Part shown: positions 40,709-53,548 of the stretch, piece after piece
Layout: each line of letters starts with the position of its first letter
Numbering within the stretch: the stretch's first letter is position 1
Assembly: GCA_009103225.1 (NCBI GenBank)
Contig: RHPI01002402.1
Span: forward strand, 248,001-312,000
DNA: 64,000 nt
Direction: 5' to 3'
From: Chlorokybus atmophyticus
Lineage: Eukaryota; Plantae; Mesostigma and Chlorokybus algae
The notes under the pieces: model-generated
The model's input: only the letters and a program-made list of their open reading frames with translations
Told to the model about the DNA's origin: nothing
The model's database searches: none
Made by a program: the position numbers and the translations under genes

Positions 40709-41359
40709 CTCATACGCATCAGCACATATGAACACGACCATCCATAGCATCCTATACAAGCAAGTTGCATACTATTTTCTACAGCACGTAACTGTTCCCA
40801 CCTAACCCCCACTCTTACCATGCCACACAATGCCACTGAATGCTAATGTAGATAACAGAAGACACCCTTAATTGTAAGGGAGAAGTGCTTGTGACGTTGG
40901 ATGTCAGTGTGGCGTTGGTGAGCGTTGAGACTAGCATGACAGTGCGGATGACAGACGATGTGCAAGTAGATGTACACAAGATGCAAGAGGCAATTATGTG
41001 GCACATACAGTAGTGGTACACAAGCATCCAGGTAAACAAGCATCCGCAAAGGGAATTTGGTTGCCCAATAACATTGTTGCCAGACAACATCATCTCAACA
41101 TTCCCCGAATTGTGCCACATGTTACTCATACATTGAAGGCAGTGCCTCCACCCCGACCAGCACGAAGCGCGTGTGAGGTGGCTCCTCCTTGTGAGGCCCA
41201 TCATCCTGTTACTTCATGTCCCAGCAACAGCACACACACGAAGCCTCTTCCGGTCCGAACGACAGCTAAAACATACTAAAAAACAGGTGCCATAGCGCGC
41301 AACCCTGTACAATCAACTCGACTACCCACAAAAAATAACACTAGTGGGGTGTTTGTCTC

Positions 41360-43147
41360 TCATAGCCTGACGACGGTTGCGGGGTCAATGGCCTTCATGT
41401 CCTTGCGCACTGCAAACGACACAAGGTGAGTTGCAGTGAGCAGCAAGCTGTGGGCATACTACAATGTTGCTCAATGATCGTCAACAAGCATGTAGATGAC
41501 AAGCATTTCCCACCTTCAAAGTGCAAGTGTGGGCCAGTTGCGTGCCCAGTAGTGCCCACATCAGCAACCCACTCCCCTTTCGTGACCCTGTCGCCGACGC
41601 GCTTGCGCATCACGTTGCAGTGCGCATACCGTGTGGTGAACCCTCCCTCATGATCAATGTCCAAGAAGTTGCCGTACCCGCCTGTGAAGCACAACACCAT
41701 CAGCGCATGCATGTGGCAAGTGGTTGGGTGCAAATGTACTTGTTCAGGTGTCTGCTCTCACCATCGTAGCCAACATATGCCACTGCACCGTTGGCAGCTG
41801 CTCTGATGGCTGTTCCAGTCGCAGCGGCAAAGTCAATGCCCTGCACGCACATAACAACTCACAGTCAGAACGTTTACACGGTCAAATCTGCGTCTCAACA
41901 CATTGTTTCACTTACAGCATCCTCACCTCGTGCATGCGGCCCCAGCGCCAGCCGAACGTGCTGCTGATGGGTGCGCGTGTGATGGGCGAGTCGAACTGAA
42001 ACTTGCGTGGCCACTTGGCACGCCAGCCCTTGTGGCCCCGCGCCACAATGCGGCCCTTCGCATCTGCGCCGATCTTTGCGGGATGAATCCCCGCTGGCAC
42101 CCGACTCCTGTGGCTGTTTGCCCTCGCGGCCTCCCTCTCACGCGCAGTTGCGGTTGTGGATACGCTCGGTGTGGTGAGGGGAGAAGCAATGTCGGGTCCG
42201 CCAACTGAAAGACATTGACCAACGTGTGTTATTTTCCTCTTCAAGTCCACATTTGGTAGTCAAGCACAGCTGTTACATGTTGATTGAGACCTGACCTTTC
42301 TGATGAATGCACACATGTGACGAGCACAGTAGTGTCCTTTTGCCATGTTGTGTTGTTCTGTGCTTACCAGCGCCGACACGGCGAAAGAGAGGTCGGTGGG
42401 TGCGGCGCATTGCAAGGCCACGTTCGGCGCGATCGCGCTCGCGTTCAGCGCAAGCCTCCCCGCCCTCGCCTTGCCTGCTCAGCACCACCAGCTGGTCGCC
42501 AGCAAAAATCATGGTGTTGTCCAGCCCATTGATGCGCTTCAACTCGCGCACAGACACCCTGCAACACACACACAACAGCACATAAGCATTGAGAATGGTA
42601 CCGTATGATACTGTATGTATTGCTAGCATACAGCAGCAACTTTGTATGGTCGACCAATCTGGCAGAAACATCAAGTCGTGGCAAGCTGTCTTGTCAAGTC
42701 GAGCATTGTGGGATGCATTGCAGCAAGCAGCGGCTTCCTTAAGTGAGTAGTGGCAACACAAGCCCGTGGCATGCAAAGCACTGCAATGGCGTACTTGTGA
42801 TGGGCGGCGATGCTTGCGAGGGTGTCGCCTTCCCTGACGATGAGGGCACGGAAGCCCTTGCGCTTGGTTTTAGCGTTGTTGCTGAGATGAGCTTGGATGG
42901 GCACAAAGGAGTGGGCGACAGTGTCCACACCGCGGGTAGGCGCCTGGGAGGCGCTGCCTGGCCTGGCCCCCTGGCCACCCCTGGCCAGGTGGGCATACAG
43001 CCTGGTCCCAGCTGAGGTCACAGCCTGAGACATGTGCGCCAGGGGGGCAGTCTGCGTCCGCCTCTGCTGCTGCTGCCACCTCGCCTGACCATCATCTTTG
43101 CCGCTTTCACCTCCTTTGTTGCCGGCGAACGACGCCAGCCAGTTCAT
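41360..43147 (-). CDS. LysM + M23 zinc metallopeptidase (DipM/NlpD/MepM-like peptidoglycan hydrolase)
   Basis: LysM IVREGDTLASIAAHH/VSVRELKRINGLDNTMIFAGDQLVV; M23 PISSTFGWRWGRMHEGIDFAAATGTAIRAAANG, GYGN..YAHC, TTGHATGPHLHFE, VRKDMKAIDP. The 5' end is less certain. Confidence 0.9.
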
Positions 43148-44256
43148 TGCTGCTTACAAACCCTGGATTTCACTTCAAAAGCTTGCCAACCTGTTCAACA
43201 ACTTCCAGACAGCTGTCAAAGACGCGCACAAAGACACCGCCGCCCACGGCCCACGGTCATCTCACGCCAGCAACTCTCCCCTCCAGCAACACTAGTCTTC
43301 TACCAGCACCAGCAGCACCAGCACCGCGGCACCGCAGAGAATAACAGCCACTGCAGCAACACCACGCACACCTCCCGCCCTGCTGCCGTCAACGCCCACG
43401 ACCACGCCCACACCAACCTTGATGCCGCCGCCGCCACCCACGACAATGCAAGCCACACTGAAAGCCACAATGCACCAATGCGCGGAGTCTATCGCTACTA
43501 TTTTGTCGCTAAGCGCAGCTGCGTTCCGCTACTACAGCTTGACTTGAGGTCACGCCAAGGTCGGTATGGAGTACCACTTTCGCTTCTGTAAGAGCCAGGA
43601 TTTGGCTTCCATAAGGCAGCTCAAGCCGCGGACTGCTTATTTTCAAATTTGCGCGTGCCGGCGGGAGGCCGCGGAAGCCAAAAAGCGAAAAGGGAAAGGG
43701 GCAGCGGAGGGGCTTTTTTTGGTCTCGAGCTTTGGCGGGCCGGTCAAACCTCCTCGCGCAAATAATTCCAAACAGACAATTTAAAATTGTAATCCCGCCG
43801 CCACTCGCTCTGTGTGGACCGTTGTGACCGAAAATATCGTGGTCAGTAATAACCTGGAATTGATATTGTTTTGGAGAAGAGGCTAGATCAATAGAACGCG
43901 CGAGTCAAAGCAAAGGCTTGACGTGACAGGTTTTGGCTGTAAGCGGCGCATGCGTCACATAACCGTGATGTCATTTTGGCAATTGCTTTTGCTTCATACA
44001 AGCTTACAGTCAGCCTTGAGTCAATGGACCCAATGGCTTTGGGATGTGACAGGTTTTGGCTGCATGATAGCAGTTGCAACCGGTGCATCACGCTCCGTGC
44101 ATGTCATGTATGGAGCGGCCGTGCTGATGCGCGACCGGACAAGAACGTCGCGCCCTCAACGGCCGGTTCACGTGATTGAGTTGGTCGCTCCCCAATCATC
44201 ACCTTGTGATCCTCATCTGCTCTCGAACGCTGCCGTGCCTTGCCAGTGTGCGCACT

Positions 44257-44396
44257 GTACCTGGTACAAATTGCCTGCGTCACAGTACACTGTACTGCAT
44301 TGCCGACGGGACACAAGCTGAGATACCGGTACTCCCACTAATACTGGTCATCTGCAAAATACCCATCTATTTGGATATTTTGAGGATACCAGGTAC
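44257..44396. promoter_or_regulatory. Cluster of six GTAC cores upstream of the JmjC gene (candidate SBP-box/CuRE array)
   Basis: GTAC at 44257, 44264, 44285, 44292, 44329, 44393. Confidence 0.4.
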
Positions 44397-44885
44397 TTCA
44401 AGTATGCGGCAGCTGCTTCTGATAGTTCTGGTCATGCGGTGAGCCTTTTGCCTGCATGGTTTCTGTTGTCGTCCACCGCCGCCGCCGCTTCTTGCAGGGA
44501 GAGGCGTTTGGAGTGAGGCGGCAGGTGTGAGAAGGGAAGCAGCTACAGCTACGAGTTACGTAAGTTTTGCTGCCAATTGCTTTGTCTTAGACGCAGAATC
44601 TTTGCTACTGCTCGCTTGCATGCGCACAGCTTTAAGGCAACTTGGCTGCCACCAGCCCCATGCATTTGGATGAAACCCTAAACTGGTTGTTCCATGAATG
44701 TTGTTGTTACCCGTTCAAGGTGCTTGTTTGGATTGGCCTGCATGCATGGACCCGTATTCAACGCTACCTTGTATATCGTTGTGTCAGTGGCGAGTATAAG
44801 TTCATTCACGTACACAACACCCTTGATTGACAAGCGTTGTACACTGATGGCATGTGTCTGTCTCTTGTCTTCCCCCTAGTGCAGC

Positions 44886-46752
44886 ATGACAGCACAAAGC
44901 GAAGCCATCAGCCACAAGCGGAAGAAGAGGAAGCAGCAGCAGCAGCATCCGAAGACAAGCATAGAAGCTGCAAGCAAAAGCAAAACCCAGAACCCTGCTT
45001 CAACTGCCAAGTCAGCAGAAGGCTCACTAGGGTTTGATCTTGATGGCGGTGGGCACCCTTATGGTGTGCGCCCACTCGGCAACATGTATATGGACGGGAG
45101 CAGCACCAACGCGCGTGACATCAGCCTCGGCGCCCTCGCCACGCTCACAGACGAGCTCCTCATTGATATCCTCAGCACGCTATCTGCTAAGGATTTGTGC
45201 GCTTTTGGCCTCACCAGCCGCGCATGCTACTTGTTCACCCAGCACGAAGAGTTGTGGAGAAACTTGTATTTGGGCTCACAGTTTGCTGAGGGGTTGTTTA
45301 AATTTCACAACAATTGGAAGACAACTTACAGGTTGCACGCATGCAAAGAGAAGGAGAGCGATCAGTCCCTCTTGCATAAGCGCCGCGTGTCCATGCGAGG
45401 GTTTTACTCCGATTGTTTGTTTCGGCCATGGCTGTGCGCGAGCATGGCGATGAAGCCCGAGTGGCTTCGTTGTAACAACATTGCGAGGTGGAGTTGTAAT
45501 GAGTTGAGTGTTGCGGACTTTATTGCCCAGTTTGAAGTGCCGAACAGGCCGGTTTTGATCACTGGTTTGGTGGAGAAGTGGCCCGCTTTCACGCGTTGGA
45601 CCCGCGAGTACTTGTTGGAACACGCGCGAGATGGTCGCTTCGCGGTTGGGCCACTCAGCCTCACGCTCGCAGACTACTATGCTTATGCAGACGAAGTGTG
45701 TGAAGAGAGGCCGCTGTACTTGTTCGACAAGCGCTTTGCTGACAAGGTGGGTATAATACCAGGTTGTTGGTTGCTCCGCATTTGCATATATGTGTTTTTG
45801 CCCATGGGGTTGGGGTCTGTATGTACCAGCCGGCATTTGCATGAGAGCAGTCCCTGACAGTTTTATAACAACTCATGGCAAGACAATGCTTGACCTGAAC
45901 AGGTTCCTCAGTTTGGCAAGGACTACCCAGTTCCTGAGTACTTCCGTGAAGACCTGTTTAGCGTGCTTGGCAGCAAACGGCCAGATTACAGGTTACCTGT
46001 GCATATTATCAGCTTACCAACTTCGAAATATAAAGGGTAATATTTCGAAGGCAACAGTTTACTCATTATCTGTAGCCTGGCAGATGGCTGATTATTGGGC
46101 CAAAGGGGTCAGGGTCGTCGTTCCATGTCGATCCAAACTCGACGTCCGCGTGGAACGCGGTAATATCGGGGCGCAAGAAGTGGATCATGTACCCACCCGG
46201 CACCGTTCCACCTGGCGTCCATCCAAGCAAAGACGGGGCCGATGTCGCCACGCCGGTGTCCATAACAGAGTGGTGAGTTGGACATCATGCGCAGCACAAG
46301 TTGTACGCACGCCTGCAACCACCTCGCAATGCGTGCAGCTTCCCTTACACGCTCATGCCAGGTTCATGAACTTCTACGACCAAACCAAGAAGATGGACGT
46401 GAAGCCCGTGGAGTGCGTGTGTGAGGCGGGGGAAGTGGTGTTTGTCCCACGAGGGTGGTGGCACACGGTGGTAAACCTGGAGGCCTCGGTGGCCGTCACG
46501 CAAAACTATGTCAGTAGAAGGAATCTGCTGGATGTCCTGGACTTCCTTGCAAGTCCCAACGCGCGGGACCTCGTGTCGGGTACGGACGACGCAGAGGGCC
46601 TCTTTGCCCGCTTCCGCGACGCCTTTGAGGCAGAGTTCCCCGGCGAGATTGAGAGGTTGCGTCGCGAGCGGCGAGAACAAACCGAGGCCAAACAAAAGAT
46701 GAAGACGTTCTGGGATGCTGCTGCGGACACACCATTCAAACTGTTTGGTTGA
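44886..46752 (+). CDS. F-box + JmjC protein, JMJD6/JMJ22-like
   Basis: HPYGVRPLGN; F-box LATLTDELLIDIL; FEVPNRPVLITG; EERPLYLFDK; GSGSSFHVDPNSTSAWNAV (HxD); GEVVFVPRGWWHTVVNLE..AVTQNYV. A 5'-UTR intron lies at ~44561-44879. Confidence 0.93.
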
Positions 46753-47489
46753 CTGCATCAGTTGCTGTTGTTCTCAGCAAGTCACTTGTTGTGATGGGCT
46801 GGTTGCTTGTCAGTTAGAAACAACGCCAGTGTACAGGAAGTTTGCTGTGAACGCAAAGGGTTTGCTGCAAATGGCATATGCAGGCGCGGGGATGAAGCAA
46901 ACTACAGCATTACACCTACCCTGCTGTTCCTCGGCCCCTGGCTCACTCACTAACCCCGCCTGCTGCAGGTCTTTGCCCTGTCCCTTCCTTTCCCTGTACA
47001 CTCTTCTGCAACCTGCTGCCGCATTGCACACACATGTATCAGTCCTGCCTATGTAATGTGTTACAGGTTGAGAGCTATCCCCGCTGGCTCGATGTCATTC
47101 CATGGTGTGGTCTGATGGTTTTGTGTTGGAATAATAGTGTAGCCCATCGAGTGTGGTGTCATACACGTGGCGCGCGCACTACGTGCGCAGGGGCTGACGG
47201 TCCTGGAGCATGATGCGGCAGTACTGGGTTTGGGGCCAATGCAGCCCACATTACCGACGACCGAGGTGGACGCCGTGTTGGCGACAGCAGCAGGCTAGTG
47301 TAGTGTGCCGCTGTTGTGCATGGATGCGCTTGGGACAGTGTATCAGAGCTAGTATACTACATTAGTAGCATACAAGGTGTCACACAAGGTGTCACACATT
47401 ATTGCATGCAGCATATGAGGCATAACATCTTTGTACACATGCAATGTCACACACCACACTCAGCACAAGGCACATGGCACGCCAATACT

Positions 47490-47570
47490 TGATACCACCG
47501 GGCTGCTTCTAACGGCACCTAACACACTAACCCCTACCCCATTAGCTCACAATAGCATGCATGTTGTACA
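47490..47570 (-). repeat. Dispersed repeat family copy (3' half)
   Basis: Reverse complement CATGCATG..GGGGTAGGGGTTAG..AGCCCGGTGGT (ACCACCGGG at 47494-47502). Confidence 0.7.
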
Positions 47571-47939
47571 GTGTTCACCTACCCACGCGTGTGTGGTGCG
47601 ATAGGTACATAGCCACGCGACACACGCTTTGTAGCAGAGAACGAGAGCTATAACCTGTGCAAGTGGTATGCATTCCTGTTGCCATCCACAGTGAACGAGG
47701 TTGCAATTGCGGCAAACGGGCGCCATGTGGTACGGAATGTGGCATTGCGCTTGTGAGACTATGACTCAATTATCCAATGCCCCAATTCACCTGCAGGCAC
47801 GTGTGCATCATGCAACAGTAAGCCTCGCTGCATATGTGCAGGCCAGTACAGTGCCAACAAGAGTGCAACCACATAGGTGCACGGCTTGCCTGGTCTTGCA
47901 CAAAAGCAGCCACAACCAGCATGCATGCCAGCAAACGCT

Positions 47940-50067
47940 TCAAGACTTTTTCTTAAGAGATATCTTTATTTTGCGTCCCTCCGCCATAACAGGAGGTGGA
48001 CGTTTATAGTTGGAAAACGGAGCTGGTGCTGCTGCCTTGTCCTGCGTGTCGGATCCTGCTGACGAGCTCACTGGCCTGCTCGCATTGTCAAACTCATCAT
48101 CGGCTGCTTCTGGTTTGGGCTCCGCAGCTGTCACGGTGAACACAACATTCAGTTACACCTGAAGCATACCACCTCACACACTGCTTGTGTTACAATGTGC
48201 TTGCATGCTGTTTGGCATGCTGTAAGTGATGTCATGCATGTCTATAACTACTGGCAGCATATCCTGTACAACCGGCTGTTTCACACCCATGACATCCACA
48301 TCCTGCATTGTCTGCACGTTTTGAAAGCCATGCTTGCATGAAGACTTGACTCCAATCTGCATGCAACTGTGCAGAGCAATCCAGCAACTTGTGGAGATCA
48401 CTTACATGCTAGCAAGGCTTTGATGACATCATCCCTTGCCACGCTTGCCGCTGATTCCCCGCGGTTGTTGCACAGAGTTGAGGTACAACCTGCGCGAGTT
48501 GTACAATTGTCAATGGTAAAGCAGGCAACAACGCTGCAGACATGACACAACAGTGCGAGAGGCTTACCTGACTGCAGTGTAAGCTCAACAAGCGCTCGTT
48601 GTCCCGCCTTTGCCGCCCACAACAACACACTATCCCCGTGCTGAAAACATGATGCACATCAGCATCAAGCCGCGAGATTACACCAACCCACCAGCTGAGA
48701 AGGTAGATTTAATAACAAGCAAGCAGAAATTACGTACATTGGTTGTTGCATTGACATCAGCTCCCTTGTCCAGCAGCAGCTTTGCAGTCTCCAAGTGGCC
48801 TCTATCACAACACCAGTGCAGCGCTGTCCTGCCAAACCACACCATTGGCAACTGTCTCACGCATTGAACGACGGACAAAACTCATAGCAACACAATCAGC
48901 ATTGCGTCCTGGGTTAAAGGAGATGCATTCGGTTCTCATTGATTCAGTTCCGCTCAGTTGATGTGGTAGGTGCTTAAACGTACCGTCCCCAGCTGTCTTT
49001 GGCTTTGACATCGGCGCCGGCATCAACAAGCGCCTGCACAATGTCCATGTCGCACTGCTCCGCCGCGCATATCAATGAGAGCGGTGCGCGGCCAAAACCG
49101 TCTTGGAGGTTCGCATCCGCATCGGCCGCCAGCAGCGCTTTGACTTTGGGCTTGTCATCTGATAGTCATCAAAATTTACATTATATCATATAGGAGTGGC
49201 TGGCAGCGACAGATTCTCCTCCTGTTGTGCCCTCTCAACGACAAGCAAGCAAAGCAAGCAGCTGCGAACGTATCTTACAGAAACTAGTTCAATCTAGCAG
49301 GGTCTATCTTTGGACGCTAAGCGGATTGATGAACACTCATGCATGTGCACTGTACCAGTTTCCATGTAACGCAGTGCACGTTGCACGAAGTGCCGAATCC
49401 ATGCACTTGCAAGCCATCCGAGAGCAACACAAAGTATTATGCGACTGATCGACTCTTTCACTGATACCATGGCATGCTTCACGCTGCAGCGGTATGGAGC
49501 CAATAGCCCAGGCAAGCCGGCCTAAGCATCCAGTACGCAGCAGTTGACGTGCTTTTAAAACGGTTTCACACGTAACCTCTCCACTGTTTGCATGTTTAAG
49601 CACTAGAGGAAACGACATACATGAGGAGACGACACACATAGTAGTATGCGCGGCGCCAGCCTCTGACCTTGGGACAAGCAGTCCTGCTGGCACAGCAGAT
49701 GAAGGGGCGTCCTGCCGTGCGCGTCTTGCGCATTGGGATCCGCTGGAACCTTCCAATCTTCCATATTGTGCAAAACAGCAGGCTGTGCCACTCACTTTGC
49801 CCCAACACCGACGATGAGCGTGCCGCGAACACCTGCGCTAACCCCGCCGCCGCCAGCGCCAGCGCCCGCGCCACAACCACAACAAAAACAACAGCACCGC
49901 AAACAGGCATGGAATGCACAACGATGACTTTCGTGTTATTGCTGCCCAGCTGCGGTGTCCTCCGTTGGGAACAGCGCGCGTCACCGCCGCTTTCCACGTG
50001 CCGCTTGTTGTTGCCGAGGCGGCGGCGGCGGCGGTGTCGTCGACGGTGGGAGCGTGGTTGTTTGCAT
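47940..50067 (-). CDS. Ankyrin-repeat protein
   Basis: DPNAQDAHGRTPLHLLC; LAADADANLQDGFGRAPLSLIC; LVDAGADVKAKD; GRTALHWCCDRGHLETAKLLLDKGADVNA; ends GRKIKISLKKKS*. The start codon is uncertain. Confidence 0.8.
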
Positions 50068-50481
50068 TATAGCTGGTCGCGCTATGCGTGGGTCATTGCC
50101 AGTTAAAAAGCAGGATGGTCATGCTGGTGCAGCAGTGCTCGACGTCCTGCTCAGGCAACACGGCGGCGGCGGCGCTGTCTGCATTAGGGTTGGCGCCTAG
50201 CAGCAGCAGTAGTAGCAGTAATCTGAGGCTGAGGCTATCATTGCCACCGTCTCGCAAGCATAGCTGGGTTACTGAAGGCTGGACGCACCGTTGCAACAGC
50301 AGAAAAGCAGGTACTCAAACCCCGCCTGCTACGTGTCTGCTGTGACACGCTCTGCTTGGTCGGGCAATCGGCCAATGCAATTCTCAGCAGCCTACCGTGT
50401 ACATAGCCAATGCAATTCACTAGTGTGCCGCACAAATGTCGTCTTGACTGACGACATGTGTGCGGCACACCAACCTGTGCA

Positions 50482-52341
50482 ATGCGGGCTTACACAACTC
50501 AGTGCTGTTCCGGCAGCTCCTGCCTGAGTGCCAAACTGTCACTGAGAAACTTCTTACCAATGTCTTCAAGCACAATTGAGCTGCGCGAAGCAACTTGCCA
50601 ATTGTGTATGACGCGGGTATGCGTATTCTATCCATGTGCGGTTGGATTTGTGATTGAAAATCCTATCACAGTCGTCAAATGGGTTTGCTGTGATGTGAAC
50701 ACCATGCTGCTGTACTCAGTGCGTTTCAGCTAGAAGCAACGGCTGTCAAGCTATTGCTGACCGTCTGCACTTTGCTTTTGCCATTCGCAACAACATTGCA
50801 ATGCGCTGCTCGCAGCTGCAAGGCACAAGCTTGTTGTTTTGGCGGTTGCGACAAGGGGACGGGAGAAGCAGAATGCTGTCTCATTGGAAGGAGTGCAAAG
50901 AGAGGCGCATAAGTACTTTGACCATGTAGTACTCACGGTCAGGTGGGCAAGCAGGAGGCGATGACGTGTGCATCAGTTTGGAGTTCCAGCTCATGGGTTG
51001 AACAAGGCATGCACATGCACACGCATGCATGCGCCCACGCAAGCATGCATGTAGACAGGCACGCATACACAACTAACGCAGGTCTGGTGACGGCGGGGAT
51101 GGGGCAGTCCTTCCACAAGGCTCACAGCGCAAAGCCAAGACTGGCGGCAAGAAAGCCACCAGTCAGAAGTGGGAGCCTCCCGTCGCTGCGGACGGCGCCG
51201 ATGTCATCGTTTATGTTGATGAAAGTATGTTGATATAATGACGTTGGGTTTGGGCCATTACTTGCGTTGAAGCCTTAAACGCTCGGAGAAGCCACTCAAC
51301 GCCTTCGTGTTGGTGGCAGGGTTCAGTTCGTTGCTCCCGCTCTATGAGACCCCACGCTTGCAAGCCAAGCACGGCAGCCACGCCAACACGATGAGCACAG
51401 ACACGCGAATAGCCCCACGCAAGCCCCCGGCTTTGCGCGTGGCGGTGCCGCCCGGCACGGTGGTGAGGCGTCGTAGAGGCGGACGCATCCTCCTGCTAGC
51501 GGATCTGCAGAAGCCCGGCGAGGAGGTGGTTGTGCTTCAGGGTGGGAAGGGAGGTATCAGCACCATCGCTAGGGGGCGCGCACAGGTTCGGAGTCGGGAG
51601 GAGGCCGGTGAAATCGTAGAGGCCGGGGATGAGAAGCTCCTCGCCAAGGGCAACCCCGGCGAGGAAGCCGTGTTGGACCTGGTTCTGCGTGTCGTGGCGG
51701 ACGTGGGGATAGTGGGCTTCCCCAACGCGGGGAAGTCCTCCCTCCTCGCCGCCGTCACACGCGCCAAGCCGCAGGTCGCGGACTACCCATTCACCACGTT
51801 GATGCCCAACTTGGGTGTGGCGCAGCCCGACTTGGACTCCATCAACTCAACTAATGCAAATAACGGAGACTTGGTCATGGCAGACCTGCCAGGTCTGATC
51901 GAAGGTGCGCACCTCGGGAAGGGTCTCGGGCGGATGTTCCTTCGGCACCTCAGCCGTACGCGCGTGCTTTTGATGGTGCTAGATGTCACCGCCGAGGACC
52001 CTGTCGCCGAGTACAGCGCCCTGCGTGAGGAGCTGCGCATGTACAACCCGGCCTACGTGCTGAGGCCCCACCTGGTGATCCTCAACAAGGTGGATCTCCT
52101 GGAGGAGGACACAGACAGGGTGGACACTATTGCCGATGCGATCAGCAAGCTCGCGTACAGGACGAGTGTGGAGTCTAGCGCAACAGGTGAAGCGGAAACC
52201 ACTCCCGCTGCCATCCGAGCCATCAGCGCCAAGCAAGGCGAGGGCGTAAGCGAGTTGGTACAGGACGTGCGCGCTGTCTTGCATGCGGATGACAAGGAGC
52301 GGCGAAAACGCAGCAGGGGTGCAGATTCGCGCAGAAGATAG
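50482..52341 (+). CDS. OBGC2: Plastid Obg-family GTPase, OBGC2-type
   Basis: HKYFDHVVLTV-RSGDGGDG; GADVIVYVDE; VPPGTVV; VADVGIVGFPNAGKSSLL (G1); YPFTTLMPNLG (G2); ADLPGLIEGAHLGKGLG (G3); NKVD (G4); SAK (G5). The N-terminal transit-peptide exon is inferred. Confidence 0.9.
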
Positions 52342-52636
52342 CCGCTAGCAACACGCCTCACAGATTGTGTGCGCACACCATGCATATCAAGCACAGCAGA
52401 TGAGCGTCACGGCATGCTTGCTCTCCTTGCCCACACTGTCAAATAAGCACAACAACTGAACTCCTTGTTGGTGCTGTTATGGCCTGACCTTCACGTTGTG
52501 GGACACTCATACTGATCAGATTTACGCACATTAAGACCTGTAGAGTGCAACAACTTACCACCTGTGACACCAGACAATGTATCCCACACCGCAGCGCAAG
52601 CAGGTAGCCAGTTGGTTTGCACAGACGTGTGATACT

Positions 52637-52670
52637 CAAGAAGTAGTGACACCCAAGAAGTAGTGACACC
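52637..52670. repeat. Perfect 17-bp tandem duplication (CAAGAAGTAGTGACACC x2)
   Basis: Direct observation. Confidence 0.9.
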
Positions 52671-53026
52671 TGATTGCCAACCAGTGTGGTACAGCTTAGG
52701 ATGCAGTATTACTCAGCTGGTCACAGGAGAAGCGGCCTGCAGCCTTGATGAATAATAACAATGTGAAAGAAGCAAGCTGCACGAGCCTGAGCCTTGGGTA
52801 TGGCAAAGCGATACAAACCGTCAAGCTATCTTTTGCATAACGTGTTAGCTGCCCAGCTAGAAAACTGAGCACATCTAAACCATCCATGCACGGAAGCTTG
52901 CCAAAACTACGTTAAGGCCACACGAGTGTTGCATTCATCTTTATTCACGCGCTTCCCCCAACTGCCTATTGACCCAATCAAAGTATCGTAACAACACAGC
53001 ATCCCCCCACCCCCAATGTTGCTGTG

Positions 53027-53548
53027 TCAGTGGTCATGTGGCTTCTTGTCAGCTGCATCCGTCCCTTGCCGGCCGTGTTCTATATGCTTGGGCTGCTCCG
53101 CGTCCTTCATCCTACACATAATCATGCGCGTTGGCAAGCATCACAATTCAAACAGTTGTGCAAGGATCGTGAGCTTGAACAAGTTACCAAGCTGACACAT
53201 GCTGCCAATGCCAGCTCTACACATCTCAAGCCATAACAGACAGAGACACTGCATTCAACCATCAGCAAAGGTAGTCACCTCCACAAACTAAAACACATAA
53301 GTTACTAAGATACGTGGTTCAAAGGAACAAAACAACATGCAAAGCATACCCAAACTAGCATGCATGCAATGCTGTATGATGTGCGGTACCTGCGTGCTGC
53401 TGCGGACGCTTCCTCCTCTTCAAGCCAGCCCCGTATCGACCTGACGTTACGCCTGAGCATGCCGGCGGACTGGCGTATGTCTGTGCGCAGCAGCATCACG
53501 GCGGCGCCAACCACTGCCGCCGTCACGATGAAGTTGGTCCAGGCCATA
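53027..53548 (-). CDS. Small (~81 aa) single-TM protein of a plant-conserved uncharacterised family
   Basis: Exon 1 53548-53390 MAWTNFIVTAAVVGAAVMLLRTDIRQSAGMLRRNVRSIRGWLEEEEASAAAR; phase-matched exon 2 53111-53027 RMKDAEQPKHIEHGRQGTDAADKKPHDH*. Confidence 0.75.

Noticed and set aside
47140-47298. Protein-like stretch HVARALRAQGLTVLEHDAAVLGL (faint RAP-domain resemblance)
   Set aside because: Short, preceded by stops, no start or linked exons.
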